A stretch of DNA of 64,000 nt from Longimicrobiales bacterium (lineage in GTDB: Bacteria > Gemmatimonadota > Gemmatimonadetes > Longimicrobiales > Gaopeijiaceae), in assembly GCA_965198065.1 (NCBI GenBank), contig CBDAON010000004.1, forward strand, positions 1,952,001 through 2,016,000, in the 5' to 3' direction. Under the pieces are notes generated by a model. It did not search any database, was not told where the DNA came from, and saw only the letters and a program-made list of their open reading frames with translations. This document shows positions 1 through 11,373 of the stretch, piece by piece. Every line of letters begins with the position of its first letter. Positions within the stretch are counted from its first letter, which is position 1. A program made the position numbers and the translations under genes.

Positions 1-1
1 C

Positions 2-439
2 TACGCTCTCCGATTCCTTCCGGCGTATGGAATCAAGAACGAGAAGCGTGGGCTCAGGACCGCGCGGCTTCACGTCGTCGAGCCCGCCCTGGCCATCCAG
101 CTGGCGGGGGCCGATAGTCCGGAGAAGGGCCATCTGGAGGCCCTGATCATGAACGAGCTCGCGACGTGGCGGAACACCGACGCGTGGCCTCTGCAGCTCT
201 ATCACTGAGGCACCCAAGGCGGTGCAGAGGTTCCCTTCGTGCTCGAGCGGAACGGCCGCTTCCTCCCGGTGGGAGTGACGCTCTCCGAGCGACCCCTCCG
301 AGGAGACGCGCGGGCCCTGGCTTCATTCCTGGACAGGATGGGCCCGAACGCTCGCGGTGCCCTGCTCCTCCACACGGGAGAGGAGACGGCCCGGCTCACC
401 CCCAGGGTCTGGGCTGTCCCCTGGTGGCGAATGGCATGA
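2..439 (+). pseudogene. 3' part of an AAA ATPase/DUF4143-domain gene (5'-partial) with an in-frame TGA at 206-208
   Basis: Frame from nt 2 reads ...HLEALIMNELATW...QLYH*GTQGGAEVPFVLE...WAVPWW, matching the DUF4143 pattern 'LYHWRT..G.EVDFV'. The stop sits at the conserved Trp. Confidence 0.65.
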
Positions 440-471
440 GGCTCCGCTATACATTAGCTTGAGCCAGCCGA

Positions 472-532
472 GCTCAGGGTGATAGGGTGATTTGGAGCAT
501 ATTGCGACCCGGGCAACCGAACCGCTAAAAAG
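472..532 (+). ncRNA. SAM-II (SAM-alpha-type) riboswitch aptamer
   Basis: GGGU-GAUUUGG...UUGCG-ACCC...CCGAA-CC-GCUAAAAAG carries the SAM-II hallmarks (GAUUU, UUGC, GCUAAA, P1 GGGU/ACCC, P2 UUUGG/CCGAA) and lies upstream of metH. Confidence 0.8.
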
Positions 533-537
533 CTACT

Positions 538-575
538 CCCCTCGGCGCGTTCATGGTGGCGAGGGGCTTCGTTTT
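538..575 (+). terminator. Putative riboswitch expression-platform hairpin
   Basis: CCCCTCG (538-544) pairs with CGAGGGG (560-566) and is followed by CTTCGTTTT. Alternative CCCCTCG copies occur at 578 and 594. Confidence 0.4.
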
Positions 576-670
576 CTCCCCCTCGCTCGAACGCCCCTCG
601 CTGAGACGGCGACGGGTCGGATTCACCCGCGTCGGGGCGAGAGCCTCCCTCTCGGAGGGAAGGTCCCCCT

Positions 671-3600
671 ATGACCACGTTCGAATCCGGCGACTTCCTT
701 CGCGGGTCCAGCCTGGACACCGTAGAGAAGCGACCCGAGCCCCTTCCGCGCTCGCTCGACGAGGTGGCCGGCGAGCGGATCCTCGTCCTCGACGGAGCGA
801 TGGGGACGCTGATCCAGCAGCTCGGGCTCGATGGGGACGCCTACCGTGGGGAGCGCTTCCGGGACCACGGGAAGAGCCTCGAGGGGAATCACGACGTCCT
901 CGTCCTGACCCAACCCGACGTGATCGAGGGCCTCCATCGGCAGTATCTGGAGGCGGGTGCCGACATCATCGAGACGAACACGTTCAGCTCCACCGGAATC
1001 GGGCAGCTCGAGTACGGGCTCGAGGGCGTCGTCGGGGAGCTGAACCGTGAAGCGGCCCGGATCGCACGACGGGCCGTGGAGGGCTTCCGGGCCATCGAGC
1101 CCGGGCCACCTCGCTTCGTGTGCGGGATCCTCGGACCCACGAACCGCACGGCCTCAATCTCGCCACGGGTGCAGGATCCCGCGTTCCGCAACGTCACGTT
1201 CCAGGATTTGGTCACGGTCTATGCCGAGGCCGTGCGGGGCCTCGTGGATGGCGGCTCGGACCTCCTCATGGTGGAGACCGTCTACGACACCCTGAACGCC
1301 AAGGCGGCCGTCTACGCGATCCAGCAGGTCTTCGAGGAGGTCGGGAGGGAGCTGCCTCTGATGATCTCGGGCACGATCACTGACCTGTCGGGCCGGACGC
1401 TGTCGGGACAGACGCCGGAAGCGTTCCTTAACTCGGTGCGCCACGCGCGTCCGTTTTCGGTCGGTCTCAACTGCGCGCTCGGGGCCCGCCAGCTCACGCC
1501 CTACCTGGAGGAGCTGTCCCGTGCGGCCGAGACCCGTACGAGCTGCCACCCGAACGCTGGGCTTCCGAACGAGTTCGGGGGATACGACCAGACCCCCGAG
1601 GAGATGGCGTCCATCATCGGGGACTTCGCGAAGCGCGGGCTCGTCAACGTCGTGGGAGGGTGCTGCGGCACGACGCCCAACCACGTCGCCGCGGTGGTGG
1701 AGGCCGTGTCCCCGCACCCGCCGCGGGAGGTCCCGAGGCCACCCAGGCTCTGCCGTCTCTCGGGGCTCGAGCCGCTGAACGTGGGACGCCAGCTCAACTT
1801 CGTGAACATCGGGGAGCGGACGAACGTCACGGGCTCGAAGCGGTTCCGGACCTTCATCCAGGAGGAGCGTTGGGACGAGGCGCTCGAAGTGGCGCGTGGG
1901 CAGGTTGAGGGGGGAGCGCAGATCCTGGACGTGAACATGGACGAGGGCCTGCTCGACTCGATGGAGGCCATGGTCCATTTCCTACGCCTGATCCAGTCCG
2001 AGCCGGACATCTCGCGGATTCCGGTCATGGTGGATTCGTCTCGCTGGGAGGTCATCGAGGCGGGCCTCAGGTGTCTTCAGGGGAAGGGGATCGTGAACTC
2101 CATTTCCCTGAAGGACGGGGAAGATGCGTTCCGGGAGCGGGCTCGCGCGGTTCTCCGATACGGGGCTGCGATCGTGGTCATGGCCTTCGACGAGGAAGGC
2201 CAGGCGGACACCCGCGAGCGCAAGGTCCAGATCTGCACGCGCGCGTACCGGATCCTCACGGAAGAGGTAGGCGTTCCGCGGGAGGACATCATCTTCGACC
2301 CGAACGTCTTCGCGGTCGCCACGGGCATCCCAGAGTACGATGGCTACGCGGTCGCGTTCATAGAGGCGGTGCGGGAGATCAAGGACTCGCTGCCCTACGC
2401 CCTCACGAGCGGCGGGATCTCCAACCTGTCCTTCTCGTTCCGGGGGAACCCGCTTCTCCGGGAAGCCATGCACACGATCTTCTTATACCACGCCATTCGG
2501 ACGGGGCTCGACATGGGGATCGTGAACGCGGGGGCCCTTCCCGTCTACGACGAGGTGCCCGCTGAGCTCCGCGAGGCCGTGGAGGACGTCCTCTTCCAGA
2601 GGCGGCCGGACGCGACGGAGCGGCTCACCGCGCTGGCCGAGCGGCTCCGTGGAGAGGGAACGCAGAGGGACGAGGACCTGTCCTGGAGGGACGTGTCTCC
2701 AGAGGAGCGGCTCGTCCATTCGCTGGTAAAGGGGATCGACCGCTGGATCGAGGAGGACACCGAGGAAGCAAGGGGGGGCGCCGCGCGGTCGCTCGACGTG
2801 ATTGAGGGGCCTCTCATGAAGGGGATGAACGTCGTGGGGGACCTCTTTGGCTCAGGGAAGATGTTTCTTCCTCAGGTCGTGAAGAGCGCGCGGGTCATGA
2901 AGAAGGCGGTGGCCTACCTGCTCCCGTTCATTGAGGCGGAGACGGTCGAGGGAGACGGTCCGTCCTCCAAGGGGCGCATCCTTCTCGCCACTGTAAAGGG
3001 GGACGTGCACGACATCGGGAAGAACATCGTCGGCGTCGTCCTCCAGTGTAACGGATACGAGGTGCTGGACCTCGGGGTTATGGTGCCGTCGGAGAAGATT
3101 CTGGAGACGGCTCGTGAGAAGGGCGTGGACATCATTGGGCTGTCGGGCCTCGTCACGCCGTCGCTGGACGAGATGGTGCATGTGGCGGAAGAGTTGGACC
3201 GGGAGGGGTTCCAGCTGCCCCTCCTGATCGGGGGTGCCACGACCTCCCGTGCGCACACGGCCATCAAGGTGGAGGAGCGCTACAAGGGCCCCACGGTCCA
3301 TGTGCTCGACGCGTCGAGGGCGGTGGGGGTCGTATCGAAGCTTCTGAACCCCAAGGAGCGAGTGGGATACCTGGCCCGAACCCGCGAGGAGTACGCGGAG
3401 TTGCGCGCGCGGCACCGCGGGCGGAGGGACCGCTCCCCGACGCTGCCCCTGGCCGAAGCGCGCGCGAACCGATTCCCCGTGGACTGGGAGGCGTACGTGC
3501 CGCCTCGGCCCCGGTCCACGTCTCTCCATACATTCACGGATCACCCGCTCGAGAAGCTCCTGGACTACATCGACTGGACCCCCTTCTTCCACGCGTGGGA

Positions 3601-4468
3601 GCTGAGGGGCAAGTATCCGGAGATCCTCACCCACCCGGACCGGGGGGAGGCGGCGACCCGGCTCTTCGAGGACGCGCGCGTCCTCCTGGACGAGATCGTC
3701 GGTGGGAAGCTCCTGCGAGCCGCGGGCGCCGCCCGCATCTGGCCGGCTCAGGCGGTCGGCGATGACGTCGAGCTGTACGAGTCGGAGGAGCGGGATCAGG
3801 CCGTCGCGCGGATCCACACGCTCCGCCAACAGTTCTCGAAGGGCGGAGAGCGAGCGAACCTTTCGCTCGCCGACTTCGTGGCCCCGAAGGGCAGCGGGCG
3901 GCCCGACTGGGCAGGGGCGTTCGTGGTGACAGCCGGGCTGGGGCTGGACAAACTCGTCGCCCGCTTCCGGGAGGCGCACGATGACTACCGCGCCATTCTC
4001 GCCCAGTCGCTGGCCGACCGGCTCGCGGAGGCCTTTGCCGAGTGGCTGCACGAGGAAGTGCGGCAGGAGATCTGGGGTTACGCCTCCGGTGAGAAGCTCT
4101 CGCACGAGGAGCGCATCCTGGAGCGGTACCGCGGGATCCGGCCGGCGCCCGGCTATCCGGCCTGTCCGGATCACGCGGAGAAGGGGACGCTTGCCCGACT
4201 CCTCGACGCAGAGACGATCGTCGGGGTGACGCTCACGGAAAGCTTCGCCATGCTGCCGACCGCGGCCGTAGCCGGCTGGTATCTCTCGCACCCGGATGGG
4301 TTCTACTTCGGGATTGGGCGCGTGGGCCGGGATCAGGTCGAGGACTACGCGAAGCGGAAAGGCTGGTCGGTCGAGGAAGCCGAACGGTGGCTCCGGCCCA
4401 ACCTGGAGTACGAGTCCGAAGAAGGCCCGAGCCGGTCCGAGCGGAAAGGAGAGGAGAGGAGCGCATGA
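671..4468 (+). CDS. metH: Cobalamin-dependent methionine synthase
   Basis: 1265 aa with [23 protein letters not shown], the B12 motif [10 protein letters not shown], and the [12 protein letters not shown] reactivation domain. Confidence 0.98.
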   Translation: MTTFESGDFLRGSSLDTVEKRPEPLPRSLDEVAGERILVLDGAMGTLIQQLGLDGDAYRGERFRDHGKSLEGNHDVLVLTQPDVIEGLHRQYLEAGADIIETNTFSSTGIGQLEYGLEGVVGELNREAARIARRAVEGFRAIEPGPPRFVCGILGPTNRTASISPRVQDPAFRNVTFQDLVTVYAEAVRGLVDGGSDLLMVETVYDTLNAKAAVYAIQQVFEEVGRELPLMISGTITDLSGRTLSGQTPEAFLNSVRHARPFSVGLNCALGARQLTPYLEELSRAAETRTSCHPNAGLPNEFGGYDQTPEEMASIIGDFAKRGLVNVVGGCCGTTPNHVAAVVEAVSPHPPREVPRPPRLCRLSGLEPLNVGRQLNFVNIGERTNVTGSKRFRTFIQEERWDEALEVARGQVEGGAQILDVNMDEGLLDSMEAMVHFLRLIQSEPDISRIPVMVDSSRWEVIEAGLRCLQGKGIVNSISLKDGEDAFRERARAVLRYGAAIVVMAFDEEGQADTRERKVQICTRAYRILTEEVGVPREDIIFDPNVFAVATGIPEYDGYAVAFIEAVREIKDSLPYALTSGGISNLSFSFRGNPLLREAMHTIFLYHAIRTGLDMGIVNAGALPVYDEVPAELREAVEDVLFQRRPDATERLTALAERLRGEGTQRDEDLSWRDVSPEERLVHSLVKGIDRWIEEDTEEARGGAARSLDVIEGPLMKGMNVVGDLFGSGKMFLPQVVKSARVMKKAVAYLLPFIEAETVEGDGPSSKGRILLATVKGDVHDIGKNIVGVVLQCNGYEVLDLGVMVPSEKILETAREKGVDIIGLSGLVTPSLDEMVHVAEELDREGFQLPLLIGGATTSRAHTAIKVEERYKGPTVHVLDASRAVGVVSKLLNPKERVGYLARTREEYAELRARHRGRRDRSPTLPLAEARANRFPVDWEAYVPPRPRSTSLHTFTDHPLEKLLDYIDWTPFFHAWELRGKYPEILTHPDRGEAATRLFEDARVLLDEIVGGKLLRAAGAARIWPAQAVGDDVELYESEERDQAVARIHTLRQQFSKGGERANLSLADFVAPKGSGRPDWAGAFVVTAGLGLDKLVARFREAHDDYRAILAQSLADRLAEAFAEWLHEEVRQEIWGYASGEKLSHEERILERYRGIRPAPGYPACPDHAEKGTLARLLDAETIVGVTLTESFAMLPTAAVAGWYLSHPDGFYFGIGRVGRDQVEDYAKRKGWSVEEAERWLRPNLEYESEEGPSRSERKGEERSA

Positions 4469-6390
4469 AGACGCTCCGGGCGCTGATCGAGGACGGCGAG
4501 GTGCACATCCTGGACGGGGCGATGGGCACGCTCCTCTACGAGCGCGGCGTGTTCGTGAACGTGTGCTACGACGAGCTGAACCTCACGCGACCGGGACTCG
4601 TGGAAGAGATCCATCGGGAGTACGTCGCCGCGGGGGCCGAGATCATCGAGACCAATACGTTCGGCGCGAACCCCGTGAAGCTCTCCGGCTTCGGGCTCGA
4701 GGAAAAGACGGAGGAAATCAACCGGGCGGCGGCCGAGCTCACGCGCCGGGCTGCGGGGAACCGGGCTCTGGTGGTGGGCGCGATTGGCCCGCTGGGACTC
4801 CGGATCGAGCCGTGGGGGCCGACCTCCGAGGAGGAGGCAGAGGGATACTTCCGACGTCAGGCCCAGGGGCTCGTCGAAGGAGACGTAGACGGCTTCCTCC
4901 TGGAGACGTTCTCCGACCTGAGCGAGCTCCACCAGGCGATCCTCGCGGTGCGATCGGTGAGCGACCGCACTCTCTTCGCTCAAGTCACCATCGACGAGGG
5001 CGGCGCCACCTCCTATGGCACCGACGCGGAGGACGTTGCGCGCGCGCTCGATGAGTGGGGCGCCGACGTAATTGGCGTGAACTGCTCGGTAGGACCCGCG
5101 GAGATCCTCGACGCCGCGGAGCGGATGGTCCGGGTCACCGACCGGCCCCTTTCCGCCCTGCCGAACGCCGGGCTGCCTCGCCTGGTCGGTGATCGGAAGA
5201 TCTACCTCGCGAGCCCCGCCTACATGGCTCGGTACGCAGCCCGCATGGTGGAGGCCGGCGTGCGCTTCGTCGGAGGGTGCTGCGGCACGACCCCGCAGCA
5301 CATCCGGGAGATCAGGACTGCCGTGGAACGGCTTCGCGGGAAGACGTCCGATCCCTCGGCGCCCGGACGCCCGGTCGCAGTCATGAGCGGGGAGGGCCGA
5401 TCAGAGATCGAAGTGGCGGGCCGCGGCTCCGGGGGAGCGTCCTCGGGCGAGGCCATCCCCCTGACCGAGCGCTCGGAGCTCGGGCGACGACTCGCATCGG
5501 GTGAGTTCGTGACCTCGATCGAGCTCCTCCCCCCGAGGGGGTGGGAGCCCTCGGCGCTCCTCGAGGACGCTCGGAGGGCGCGCGACGCCGGCGTGGATTT
5601 TGTGAGCTTGGCGGACACCGCGCGGGGCCCTGGCCGGATGGGTGCAATCTCGGCCGCGACGCTCCTCCTCCACCAGCTCGACACGGAGGCGATCGTCCAG
5701 TACACGTGCCGAGACCGCACGATGCACCGCATGATCTCGGACCTCCTGGGCGCCGCGGCATCCGGAATCCGGAACGTCCTCGTGCTGAGCGGGGAGCCGC
5801 CCGTCACGGGTCCGTACCCGGAGCCCACGGCCCTCTTCGACATCGACTCGATCGGGCTCACAAACGTGCTCGGCCACCTCAATCGGGGCGTGGACCCCGG
5901 GGGACACGCCGTGGCGCCTCCCACGCAGTTTGTCGTGGGGGTGACGCTCCACGCGGGCGCGACCGACATGGATCGGGAGCTGGGCCGTTTCCGGTGGAAG
6001 CTCGACGCGGGGGCCGACTTCGTGGTGACACAGCCGGTGTTCGACGTCCAGGACCTACTTCCGTTTCTCCAGGGGCCGGGCATACGGCCGGTACCCATGC
6101 TCGCGGGAGTGTGGCCGCTCGCGTCGCTGCGGGATGCGGAATACCTGGCGCAGGAGGTTCCCGGAGTGCGCGTGCCCCAACAGATCCTGGCCCGGATGGA
6201 GAGGGCCGCAGTGGGGGGGCCGGCGGCGGCCGCGGCGGAGGGGGCGGAGATCGTGGGGGAGGCCCTCGACCGGATCCTTCCCCTCGTGCAGGGGATCCAC
6301 GTCCATGGACACGGCGGAGACGTGAATCTGGAGCTCGAGATCGCGCGTCTGGCTCGCGCCTGGAGCGGGGAGCCCGGCGGTGTCCGCTGA
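4465..6390 (+). CDS. yitJ: Bifunctional homocysteine S-methyltransferase / methylenetetrahydrofolate reductase (YitJ-like)
   Basis: ATGA overlap with the metH stop. N-terminal HMT (LDGAMGT, VNCS, GGCCG) and C-terminal MTHFR ([25 protein letters not shown]). Confidence 0.92.
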   Translation: MKTLRALIEDGEVHILDGAMGTLLYERGVFVNVCYDELNLTRPGLVEEIHREYVAAGAEIIETNTFGANPVKLSGFGLEEKTEEINRAAAELTRRAAGNRALVVGAIGPLGLRIEPWGPTSEEEAEGYFRRQAQGLVEGDVDGFLLETFSDLSELHQAILAVRSVSDRTLFAQVTIDEGGATSYGTDAEDVARALDEWGADVIGVNCSVGPAEILDAAERMVRVTDRPLSALPNAGLPRLVGDRKIYLASPAYMARYAARMVEAGVRFVGGCCGTTPQHIREIRTAVERLRGKTSDPSAPGRPVAVMSGEGRSEIEVAGRGSGGASSGEAIPLTERSELGRRLASGEFVTSIELLPPRGWEPSALLEDARRARDAGVDFVSLADTARGPGRMGAISAATLLLHQLDTEAIVQYTCRDRTMHRMISDLLGAAASGIRNVLVLSGEPPVTGPYPEPTALFDIDSIGLTNVLGHLNRGVDPGGHAVAPPTQFVVGVTLHAGATDMDRELGRFRWKLDAGADFVVTQPVFDVQDLLPFLQGPGIRPVPMLAGVWPLASLRDAEYLAQEVPGVRVPQQILARMERAAVGGPAAAAAEGAEIVGEALDRILPLVQGIHVHGHGGDVNLELEIARLARAWSGEPGGVR

Positions 6391-7285
6391 GCCGCCTCGT
6401 TCCGGGGCCCTCAGAGCCCCCGATCCGGCACCCGGCCGCGTGGAATCGAGCCTCCTCGAGGCGCTCCGGGGTCCCGAAGCGCTGCGCGCAGTCGAGCTAC
6501 GGCCTCCGCGCGCCGGCATCCCGGGCGAGCGCTCCGTGGATGCCTGGATTGACCTGAATCGAACGATCCGGTCCCTCCTTCGGCAGGGTCGGTTCGTTCT
6601 CGTCACGGACGATGCTGTGGGTGATCGGGAAGAGGAGAGTCTCCAGCACCTCACGACGAACCTCGGACCGGAGGCCGACCTCTCGCGCGTGATTCCGTTC
6701 CTCACTCTGAAGCACAGCCTGGACTACTGCGTCCTCTTCGCTCGCCGTGCGTCGTCGCACGAGCTCGGCGCGTTGACCATCACCGGAGGAGACCGCGTCG
6801 TCGGTCCTCCGCGCTGCCTCCCCAGGTCCCGGTCGCTGAGAGAGCTCCTCCGCGAGCAGGCGCCGGAGCTGCCGCTCGGCGCCTGGGTGAGCCCGCACGG
6901 GGATCCCGAGCGGCAGGTGGGGCTCCTCCTGGACCCCGAGCACGAGGCCGACTACTTCCTGAGTCAGGTGGTGTCTCACCACGACCTCGCGGCCGTGGAT
7001 CGCTTTCTGGACGAAGCGGCGCGACGCGGGCTCCGGGTTCCGGGGATGTTTGGGGTGTTCTACTACCGGAGCGCGAACCCGAAGACGATGGACAAGCTCG
7101 AGCGGTTCATGCCGGTTCCGAGGGAGGCGCTCACAAAGGAGTTCGCCGGCGGGGCGCGCCCGGTCGAGATCTGCGCCCGCACGATCGAGGCGCTTGCCTC
7201 GAGGGGGGTGCGGAAGGTCTATGTGAGCAACCTGGCCTTGCGCGGGGCCGACGAGCGCCTCCGGGAGATCGAGTCGCTGGTCTGA
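6380..7285 (+). CDS. Divergent MTHFR-like TIM-barrel protein
   Basis: VELRPP, VTDDAVG, ITGGD and ADYFLSQVV follow the MTHFR motif order. The gene overlaps the upstream stop. Confidence 0.6.
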   Translation: MSAEPPRSGALRAPDPAPGRVESSLLEALRGPEALRAVELRPPRAGIPGERSVDAWIDLNRTIRSLLRQGRFVLVTDDAVGDREEESLQHLTTNLGPEADLSRVIPFLTLKHSLDYCVLFARRASSHELGALTITGGDRVVGPPRCLPRSRSLRELLREQAPELPLGAWVSPHGDPERQVGLLLDPEHEADYFLSQVVSHHDLAAVDRFLDEAARRGLRVPGMFGVFYYRSANPKTMDKLERFMPVPREALTKEFAGGARPVEICARTIEALASRGVRKVYVSNLALRGADERLREIESLV

Positions 7286-7297
7286 CGCGTGGTGCGA

Positions 7298-8137
7298 CTA
7301 ATGGAGGCTCCGCCTGAGCCCCGCTTCCTGCAGGACCGTCGTGGCGATCTCCTCCACCGAGTAGTGGGTCGTGTCCACGTAGGAGATTCGGTGCTTCCGA
7401 AACATCGCTTCGGCCTCCTTCACCTCGTAGTGGACCTGACGCGTTGACGCATACTGGCTGTCCGGCCGTCGCTCCTGACGGATCCCCTGGAGCCGCGAAG
7501 GCTCGATCGTGAGCCCGAAGAGCTTCTCTCGGTGGGGATCGAGCGTCGGGGAGAACCGGCCGTGCTCGAGGTCGTCTTCGGTGAGCGGGCAGTTCGCGGC
7601 GTTGATCCCGTAGTGCAGCGCGAGGTAGAGGCAGGTCGGGGTCTTTCCCGTCCGCGACACGCCGACCAGGATCACGTCCGCGTCGCCGTAATGCCTGGGA
7701 TTGACGCCGTCGTCGCTCGACAGGGCGAAGTTCATCGCGTCGATACGGCGGGTGTAGTTCTTGAGATCGTGGGCCCCGTGGGCACGGCCGGCCGCGTGGC
7801 TGGATGGCGTCTGGAGCTCCCGCTCGAGCGGGCCGATGAACGCGTCGAAGAAGTCCAGGCAGAGCCCCTCTGCCGTGTGGATGATGTTGCGGATCTCGTC
7901 GTCCACCAGGGTGCTGAACACCAGGGGCCGCACGCCGCTTCGTTGGGTCGCTTCGTTGATCCGATCCACCGCTTCCCTTGCCTTGTCCGGGGAGTCGATG
8001 AACGGCACCGTAATTCTCTGGAACTCGATTCCATTGAACTGGGTCAGCAAGCTGTGTCCCAGTGTCTCGGCGGTGATCCCGGTCCGGTCGGACAGGAGGA
8101 AGACGGTTCGCGCGAGCCGGTCTTTGTCGTCGGTCAT
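7298..8137 (-). CDS. ppsR: PEP synthase regulatory kinase/pyrophosphorylase
   Basis: [48 protein letters not shown]. Confidence 0.95.
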   Translation of the reverse strand: MTDDKDRLARTVFLLSDRTGITAETLGHSLLTQFNGIEFQRITVPFIDSPDKAREAVDRINEATQRSGVRPLVFSTLVDDEIRNIIHTAEGLCLDFFDAFIGPLERELQTPSSHAAGRAHGAHDLKNYTRRIDAMNFALSSDDGVNPRHYGDADVILVGVSRTGKTPTCLYLALHYGINAANCPLTEDDLEHGRFSPTLDPHREKLFGLTIEPSRLQGIRQERRPDSQYASTRQVHYEVKEAEAMFRKHRISYVDTTHYSVEEIATTVLQEAGLRRSLH

Positions 8138-8147
8138 GGGCGAGGCG

Positions 8148-8707
8148 GTGAGCTCATACGTGGTCGGTCTCGAGTCGCTCTCGATGGGCGATCTGGACAG
8201 GGTCGGCGGGAAGAACGCGTCGCTCGGAGAAATGATCGGACGGCTGGGGAACCTCGGGGTCCGAGTGCCGGGCGGCTTCGCGACCACCGCGCAGGCGTTC
8301 CGCTCGTCCGTGACGGCCGAGGACCTCCCGGAGGCCTCGTTCGCGGGTCAGCAGGAGACCTTCCTGAACGTCCAGGGGGCCGAGGCGGTCCTTCAGTCGG
8401 TGAAGAATGTGTCTTCCTCCCTCTTCACGGATCGGGCTATCTCGTACCGCGTGCACCACGGTTTCCGGCACGCCGAGGTCGCCGTCTCGGCCGGAGTCCA
8501 GCGGATGGTTCGCTCCGACCTGGGGGCGAGTGGCGTGATGTTCACCCTGGACACCGAGTCCGGGTTCCCGGACGTGGTCCTGATCACGGCCACGTACGGC
8601 CGCTGGTCGAGCAGGGAATCGACAGCGTTTCCCTGAACCCCGACACGGTGGTGGGGACCTGGCTGTACCTCGCGGGCCGGAGTCTCCCGGCCGAAAAAGC
8701 GAGTTGA
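8148..8707 (+). pseudogene. ppsA: Phosphoenolpyruvate synthase remnant with two large internal deletions
   Basis: [23 protein letters not shown] joins directly to [28 protein letters not shown], then out of frame to the C-terminal [13 protein letters not shown]. About 185 codons remain of a roughly 790-aa enzyme. Confidence 0.9.
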
Positions 8708-8733
8708 CAAGCCGGCGGAATCGGTTGTAACCT
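8704..8733 (+). promoter_or_regulatory. Sigma70-type promoter
   Basis: TTGACA-N18-TAACCT upstream of the cytochrome c gene. Confidence 0.55.
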
Positions 8734-8886
8734 CCGGCCGGTTCGGCTCACCCATCACATGGCCGTCGGCACGGGTTGCCGGCGGGCAGTAGGCGTTCCG
8801 GGGCGCCCGAGGCAGCAGCGCCACGTGTCGCACCCGGCGAGTCGAGGTGCGTTGAGCTCGAAGGATGGAAGGGGGGCCCGAGGTCC

Positions 8887-9393
8887 ATGAGAATCAGAAC
8901 GCACGGGATCGCGATGAAGCTTGCCACTGGAATTTTTTGGGTAGGGGTCTTCGCCACTGCGGGCTGCTCGACCACGCCGGGTGAGGCGCAAGCCCCGGCG
9001 GCGACTCCGGTCGCTGCGGTTGCGCCGGCACCTCCGGCACCTCCGGAACCTGTGGCTGCCACCACGATCTGGGACGGCGTGTACACCTCCGAGCAGGCGG
9101 ACCGCGGGGAGCTCGTAGCGCGCCAGGTGTGCTTCGCGTGCCACGGACAGCGGGACTGGGTCACGCCCGTCATGATTCCGATCTGGTCTGGGCGCCCGAT
9201 TCTGGATTTCTATGATAATCTCATGTTCACGATGCCCTACGACAATCCCGCGAGCCTGAGCCGGGAGCAATACGCGGACGTGCTCTCGTACATTCTCGAG
9301 CTGAACGGTGTGCCTGCGGGCTCGACGCCCCTTCCGGCCAACGCCAGGGGGTTGGGTGAGATCCAGGTGACCCGGGGCGACGAGCAGCCCTGA
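8887..9393 (+). CDS. Monoheme c-type cytochrome lipoprotein (alternative start 8914)
   Basis: Lipobox ATAGC, Pro/Ala linker, WDGVYT.EQA.RG, CFACH heme motif, TMP axial Met. Confidence 0.85.
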   Translation: MRIRTHGIAMKLATGIFWVGVFATAGCSTTPGEAQAPAATPVAAVAPAPPAPPEPVAATTIWDGVYTSEQADRGELVARQVCFACHGQRDWVTPVMIPIWSGRPILDFYDNLMFTMPYDNPASLSREQYADVLSYILELNGVPAGSTPLPANARGLGEIQVTRGDEQP

Positions 9394-9449
9394 CCCTTCG
9401 GGGGGGGGACGACTTCCGGACGCGACCCCGCATTTCTTCTCGCTCGAGA

Positions 9450-9487
9450 GAGGGCCCGGAGCCTGAGCTCCGGGCCCTCGGCCTTTT
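9450..9487 (+). terminator. Intrinsic terminator-like hairpin
   Basis: Perfect 13-bp stem GAGGGCCCGGAGC-ctga-GCTCCGGGCCCTC followed by GGCCTTTT. Confidence 0.6.
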
Positions 9488-9665
9488 GTGCCAGCCAGCT
9501 CCGTCGTCCCCGCCGTAATCGGACCCGATTTCGGCAGTCATCCTCGCCAGGCTCCTCGGGTTTGTGGGGCGCTTCGGGGGGTTGCGCGAACCGTTCCTGA
9601 CATGAAGGATTGGTCCCTACCCGTTTGCCCGAGCCGTTCAGCATGACCATGAGGAGAGGAGGGGT

Positions 9666-11369
9666 ATGAATGCCATCGCGCTGGCCCTCATAGGCCTCGG
9701 AGCGTTCGGTCTCGGGTATGTGTTCTACTCCAGATTCATCGCGACCCGGCTGTTCAAGCTTGAGGCGGACTTCGTGACACCCGCGCACGAGCTGGAGGAC
9801 GGGGTCGACTTCGTGCCGACCAATCGCTTCGTCCTCTGGGGTCACCACTTCGCCGCGGTGGCGGGCGCCGCCCCCATCATCGGGCCCGCGATCGCGGTGA
9901 TTTGGGGATGGCTCCCGGCATTTATCTGGGTGGTGTTTGGAACCATCTTCTTCGCCGGAGTTCACGACTTCGGAGCCATATGGGCCAGTGTCAGGCACAA
10001 GGGCCAGTCGATCGGCTCCCTGACGGAAACGGTCGTGGGAGGGCGCGCCCGCAGCGTCTTCATGATCGTCATCTTCCTCCTTCTCCTCATGGTGAACGCG
10101 GTCTTCGGCATCGTCATCGGGAACCTCATGGTGGACGTGCCGGGCAGCGTGATCCCGACCTGGTCGGTCATCGGCCTGGCCATGGTGGCCGGGGTTCTGA
10201 TCTACAAGAAGGGTCTTTCCCTGTTCTGGGTCACGACGATTGGCGTGATCGCGCTCTACGGAACGATTTTCGTGGGTGACGCGATTCCGCTCACACTCCC
10301 CGATCAGGTACTCGGCCTCGCCCCCGCAGCCCAGTGGGTCCTCATCCTGTTCGCCTACGCCGCGGTCGCGTCGGTGCTTCCGGTGTGGCTATTGCTCCAG
10401 CCGCGGGACTACCTGAACGGCGTCCAGCTTTTGGTGGGGCTTGGGGTGCTCTATCTGGGCGTGATCGTTGGGAATCCCACGATCGTAGCCCCAGCGTTCA
10501 ATTCAAACCTGCCGGCGGGTGTGCCTCCCCTTGTACCGCTCCTGTTCGTGACGATCGCCTGCGGCGCGATCTCAGGCTTCCATGGACTGGTGGCGTCCGG
10601 GACCACGTCGAAGCAGCTGAACAAGGAAACCGACGCGCGCATGGTCGGCTATCTCGGCTCGGTCGGCGAGGGGGCGCTCGCGTTGGCCGCCATTATCGCG
10701 TGCACCGCGGGCTTCGCATCGACGGCCGAGTGGCAAGCGTTCTACTCGACGTTCGCTGCGCAGGGCACGAACGCGTGGGTCCAGGGCGGAGGCCAAATCG
10801 CCCAGAGCCTCGGACTGCCGCTGGGCTTCTCCCAGACCTTGCTGTCCGTGATGGCGATCCTCTTCGCGGCCACGACCATGGACGCCGGCGTGCGGCTTCA
10901 GCGCTACATCATCCAGGAGTGGGGAAACATCTACAAGCTGGATTTCCTGACCGGACGCTATCTTTCCACCGCGATCGCGGTGGTCTGCTGTGTGATCCTC
11001 GCGTTCGGGGCGGGTGAGGGTGGAGGAACCGGCGGGCTCATCATCTGGCCCCTCTTCGGAACCACGAACCAACTCCTGGGAGGGCTCACGCTCTCGGTCA
11101 TAACACTGTTCCTCCTGAAGCTGGGTCGCCCGATATGGTATACACTGCTCCCCCTCACGTTCCTCTTGCTCATGACCGTCTGGGCGCTCCTCGTCCAGCT
11201 GCGGCAGTTCTATAGTCAGGGGAACTACCTGCTGGTCGTCATGGATCTGGTGATCCTCGGGGCGGCGATCTGGGTGATTCTGGAAGCCATGGCGGCCCTG
11301 AACAGGGCAAGAAAGGAACGGACCGGTGCGCCCCCACCGTCGGTCGTAGCCGGAGGCACCAAGGCCTGA
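9666..11369 (+). CDS. cstA: Carbon starvation protein A family transporter
   Basis: TPAHELEDGVDFVPT, GHHFAAVAGAAPIIGP, TIACGAISGFH, IWPLFGTTNQLL. Strong RBS. Confidence 0.95.
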   Translation: MNAIALALIGLGAFGLGYVFYSRFIATRLFKLEADFVTPAHELEDGVDFVPTNRFVLWGHHFAAVAGAAPIIGPAIAVIWGWLPAFIWVVFGTIFFAGVHDFGAIWASVRHKGQSIGSLTETVVGGRARSVFMIVIFLLLLMVNAVFGIVIGNLMVDVPGSVIPTWSVIGLAMVAGVLIYKKGLSLFWVTTIGVIALYGTIFVGDAIPLTLPDQVLGLAPAAQWVLILFAYAAVASVLPVWLLLQPRDYLNGVQLLVGLGVLYLGVIVGNPTIVAPAFNSNLPAGVPPLVPLLFVTIACGAISGFHGLVASGTTSKQLNKETDARMVGYLGSVGEGALALAAIIACTAGFASTAEWQAFYSTFAAQGTNAWVQGGGQIAQSLGLPLGFSQTLLSVMAILFAATTMDAGVRLQRYIIQEWGNIYKLDFLTGRYLSTAIAVVCCVILAFGAGEGGGTGGLIIWPLFGTTNQLLGGLTLSVITLFLLKLGRPIWYTLLPLTFLLLMTVWALLVQLRQFYSQGNYLLVVMDLVILGAAIWVILEAMAALNRARKERTGAPPPSVVAGGTKA

Positions 11370-11373
11370 CCCG

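Noticed and set aside
206..208. TGA at a conserved Trp position suggesting UGA recoding
   Set aside because: Most genes in the window end in TGA and Trp is encoded by TGG elsewhere, so a nonsense mutation or error is simpler.
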